Source: a virus (Duplodnaviria; Caudoviricetes). From it: a stretch of DNA of 64,000 bases. The stretch lies in the IMG/VR virus record IMGVR_UViG_3300021389_000018, positions 1,030-65,029 of that record, one strand, 5' to 3'. The notes under the pieces were generated by a model, which saw nothing but the letters and a program-made list of their open reading frames with translations, was not told the DNA's origin and ran no database searches. Positions 62,961-64,000 of this stretch are shown here, in pieces; within the stretch, counting starts at the first letter, position 1; each line of letters starts with the position of its first letter. The translations under genes and the position numbers were made by a program.

Positions 62961-63516
62961 ATTCGTAAAAGCACAATTAAGTCAGATTTCAGTAGAGTAT
63001 GCAGCTGTTTCTAATTATTGGAAGCGGTTTACTATGAAAAATAATTATATAGACAACAGGCAACGTTGTAACATAATAATAAAGCACGGATTTGCCGTAG
63101 CTTGTAGAAAGCATACAAAATTATCATTATCGGAAATAGGTGGTGTAGTAGATAAAGATCATTCTTTGATTGTTCACGCATTAAAGAATCACGATTCTAA
63201 TATGAAGTATTTACATAATTACCAGCGTGTATACAAAGAAATTTCTAGAGGCTTAATAAAGTCTTTAAACTATGAAGGAGATGTTGCTGATGCAAAAGAG
63301 TTGTCTACTATTTCTGAACTCAGAGAAAGGCTTGTTGACACTTCCAGAAGGCTTAGAATAAAAATTATGGAATTAAATCACGTCTATGAATCAAATGCTG
63401 CGATACCCATAAGACTAGAAGAAGAAAACCGATTTTTAAAGAAGCACAATCGTGATATACACAATAGAAATAAAAAATTAGAAAAAGAATTAGCAAGAGT
63501 AAAGAATTTAATATGA
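62950..63516 (+). CDS. DnaA domain IV-like (TrpR-type HTH) DNA-binding protein with C-terminal coiled coil
   Basis: TKLSLSEIGGVVDKDHSLIVHALK matches the DnaA C-terminal signature SLxxIGxxxxRDHSTVxHA. Confidence 0.75.
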   Translation: MKNRFVKAQLSQISVEYAAVSNYWKRFTMKNNYIDNRQRCNIIIKHGFAVACRKHTKLSLSEIGGVVDKDHSLIVHALKNHDSNMKYLHNYQRVYKEISRGLIKSLNYEGDVADAKELSTISELRERLVDTSRRLRIKIMELNHVYESNAAIPIRLEEENRFLKKHNRDIHNRNKKLEKELARVKNLI

Positions 63517-63647
63517 ACAAGATGAATCAATTCCTACGCATTGCAAATGCAAGACTAAAGAAAGTGTACCCAAACAAGCAACAGAGAAAGGCTTGGGTAG
63601 CGAAGATGTGGGCAAGGTATTGTGAGCGCAAATCCTCACAACGATGA
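63513..63647 (+). CDS. unannotated 44-aa basic protein
   Basis: Translates to MNKMNQFLRIANARLKKVYPNKQQRKAWVAKMWARYCERKSSQR; ATGA-coupled. Confidence 0.6.
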   Translation: MNKMNQFLRIANARLKKVYPNKQQRKAWVAKMWARYCERKSSQR

Positions 63648-63743
63648 ACCATAAATTGTCACAAATTAAGGGTAAAATTGTACGTTTAAACATACAAAAT
63701 AAGGGTAAATTGTTACATTATACGCACATACATATAACCAACG

Positions 63744-63875
63744 ATGTCAAGTAAACCGCACAAGATGCTTGACACCAACAAAAGGTGTAAGCATATCAAA
63801 ATAGAGGGTGAAAGTTGTAGACTAAACAACAACTGCACCTATCCAGATTGTGAAATAATAACCTTTAAAAAATAA
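63744..63875 (+). CDS. unannotated 43-aa four-Cys micro-protein
   Basis: Translates to MSSKPHKMLDTNKRCKHIKIEGESCRLNNNCTYPDCEIITFKK. Confidence 0.45.
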   Translation: MSSKPHKMLDTNKRCKHIKIEGESCRLNNNCTYPDCEIITFKK

Positions 63876-63880
63876 GAGAA

Positions 63881-64000
63881 ATGAAAACACAATTCAAAGT
63901 AACAGAATCTTTAAACGGATGGAGCAGATTAGAAACAACCTTTGTAGTTGAATCTTCACCTCGCTGGTGGCAGTTTTGGAAACCCAAAGTAATGCATCAA
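63881..64000 (+). CDS. hypothetical protein, truncated by the window end
   Basis: MKTQFKVTESLNGWSRLETTFVVESSPRWWQFWKPKVMHQ, open to the end of the window. Confidence 0.5.
   Translation, partial: MKTQFKVTESLNGWSRLETTFVVESSPRWWQFWKPKVMHQ

Noticed and set aside
1-64000. Stop-codon reassignment, as in some crAss-like phages
   Set aside because: Long ORFs tile the window under the standard code, and TAG, TGA and TAA all end genes at sensible positions
1-64000. Prophage or lysogeny module (integrase, repressor) or flanking host chromosome
   Set aside because: No integrase, att-linked tRNA or housekeeping genes were seen; the kinase and receiver are flanked on both sides by phage late genes and appear to share the CATG/GGCC avoidance

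Overview
This window is about 64 kb of a lytic-type dsDNA tailed phage, probably a podovirus infecting Bacteroidota/Flavobacteriia. The host call rests on repeated TAnnTTTG (-7) promoter boxes and NVGIGT-repeat tail fibres. The morphogenesis genes are crAss-related (Cellulophaga/marine flavophage type; family assignment is inference). There are three blocks. (1) 58-4870 (+): replication/recombination genes (ExoVIII-like nuclease, SSB, AEP primase-SF4 helicase, two PD-(D/E)XK nucleases). (2) 4880-53483 (-): late genes, comprising a lysis cassette, basic core-like proteins, tandem GroES-like protein, terminase, portal, two repeat-rich tail fibres, scaffold, major capsid, ring and tail proteins, and three ejection proteins. 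(3) 54271-64000 (+): small early genes (RadC/JAB, DUF932, DnaA-domain-IV-like and others), separated from the late block by a ~790-bp divergent non-coding region. The strongest candidate for an undescribed system is a complete, translationally coupled phage-encoded phosphorelay inside the late region: small holin-like ORF, TM-PAS histidine kinase, single-domain receiver, coiled-coil/2-TM protein, then an unknown protein. It is followed by an unannotated 33-aa peptide resembling the redox C-terminal tail of class I ribonucleotide reductase. Other signals are a GGACT-N3-AGTCC DNA dyad within the tail-fibre repeat codons, a repeated 37-bp intergenic double-palindrome element, face-to-face promoters around an antisense wHTH gene, and apparent avoidance of CATG, GGCC and CGCG. 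No database searches were run; all family calls come from motif recognition by eye.
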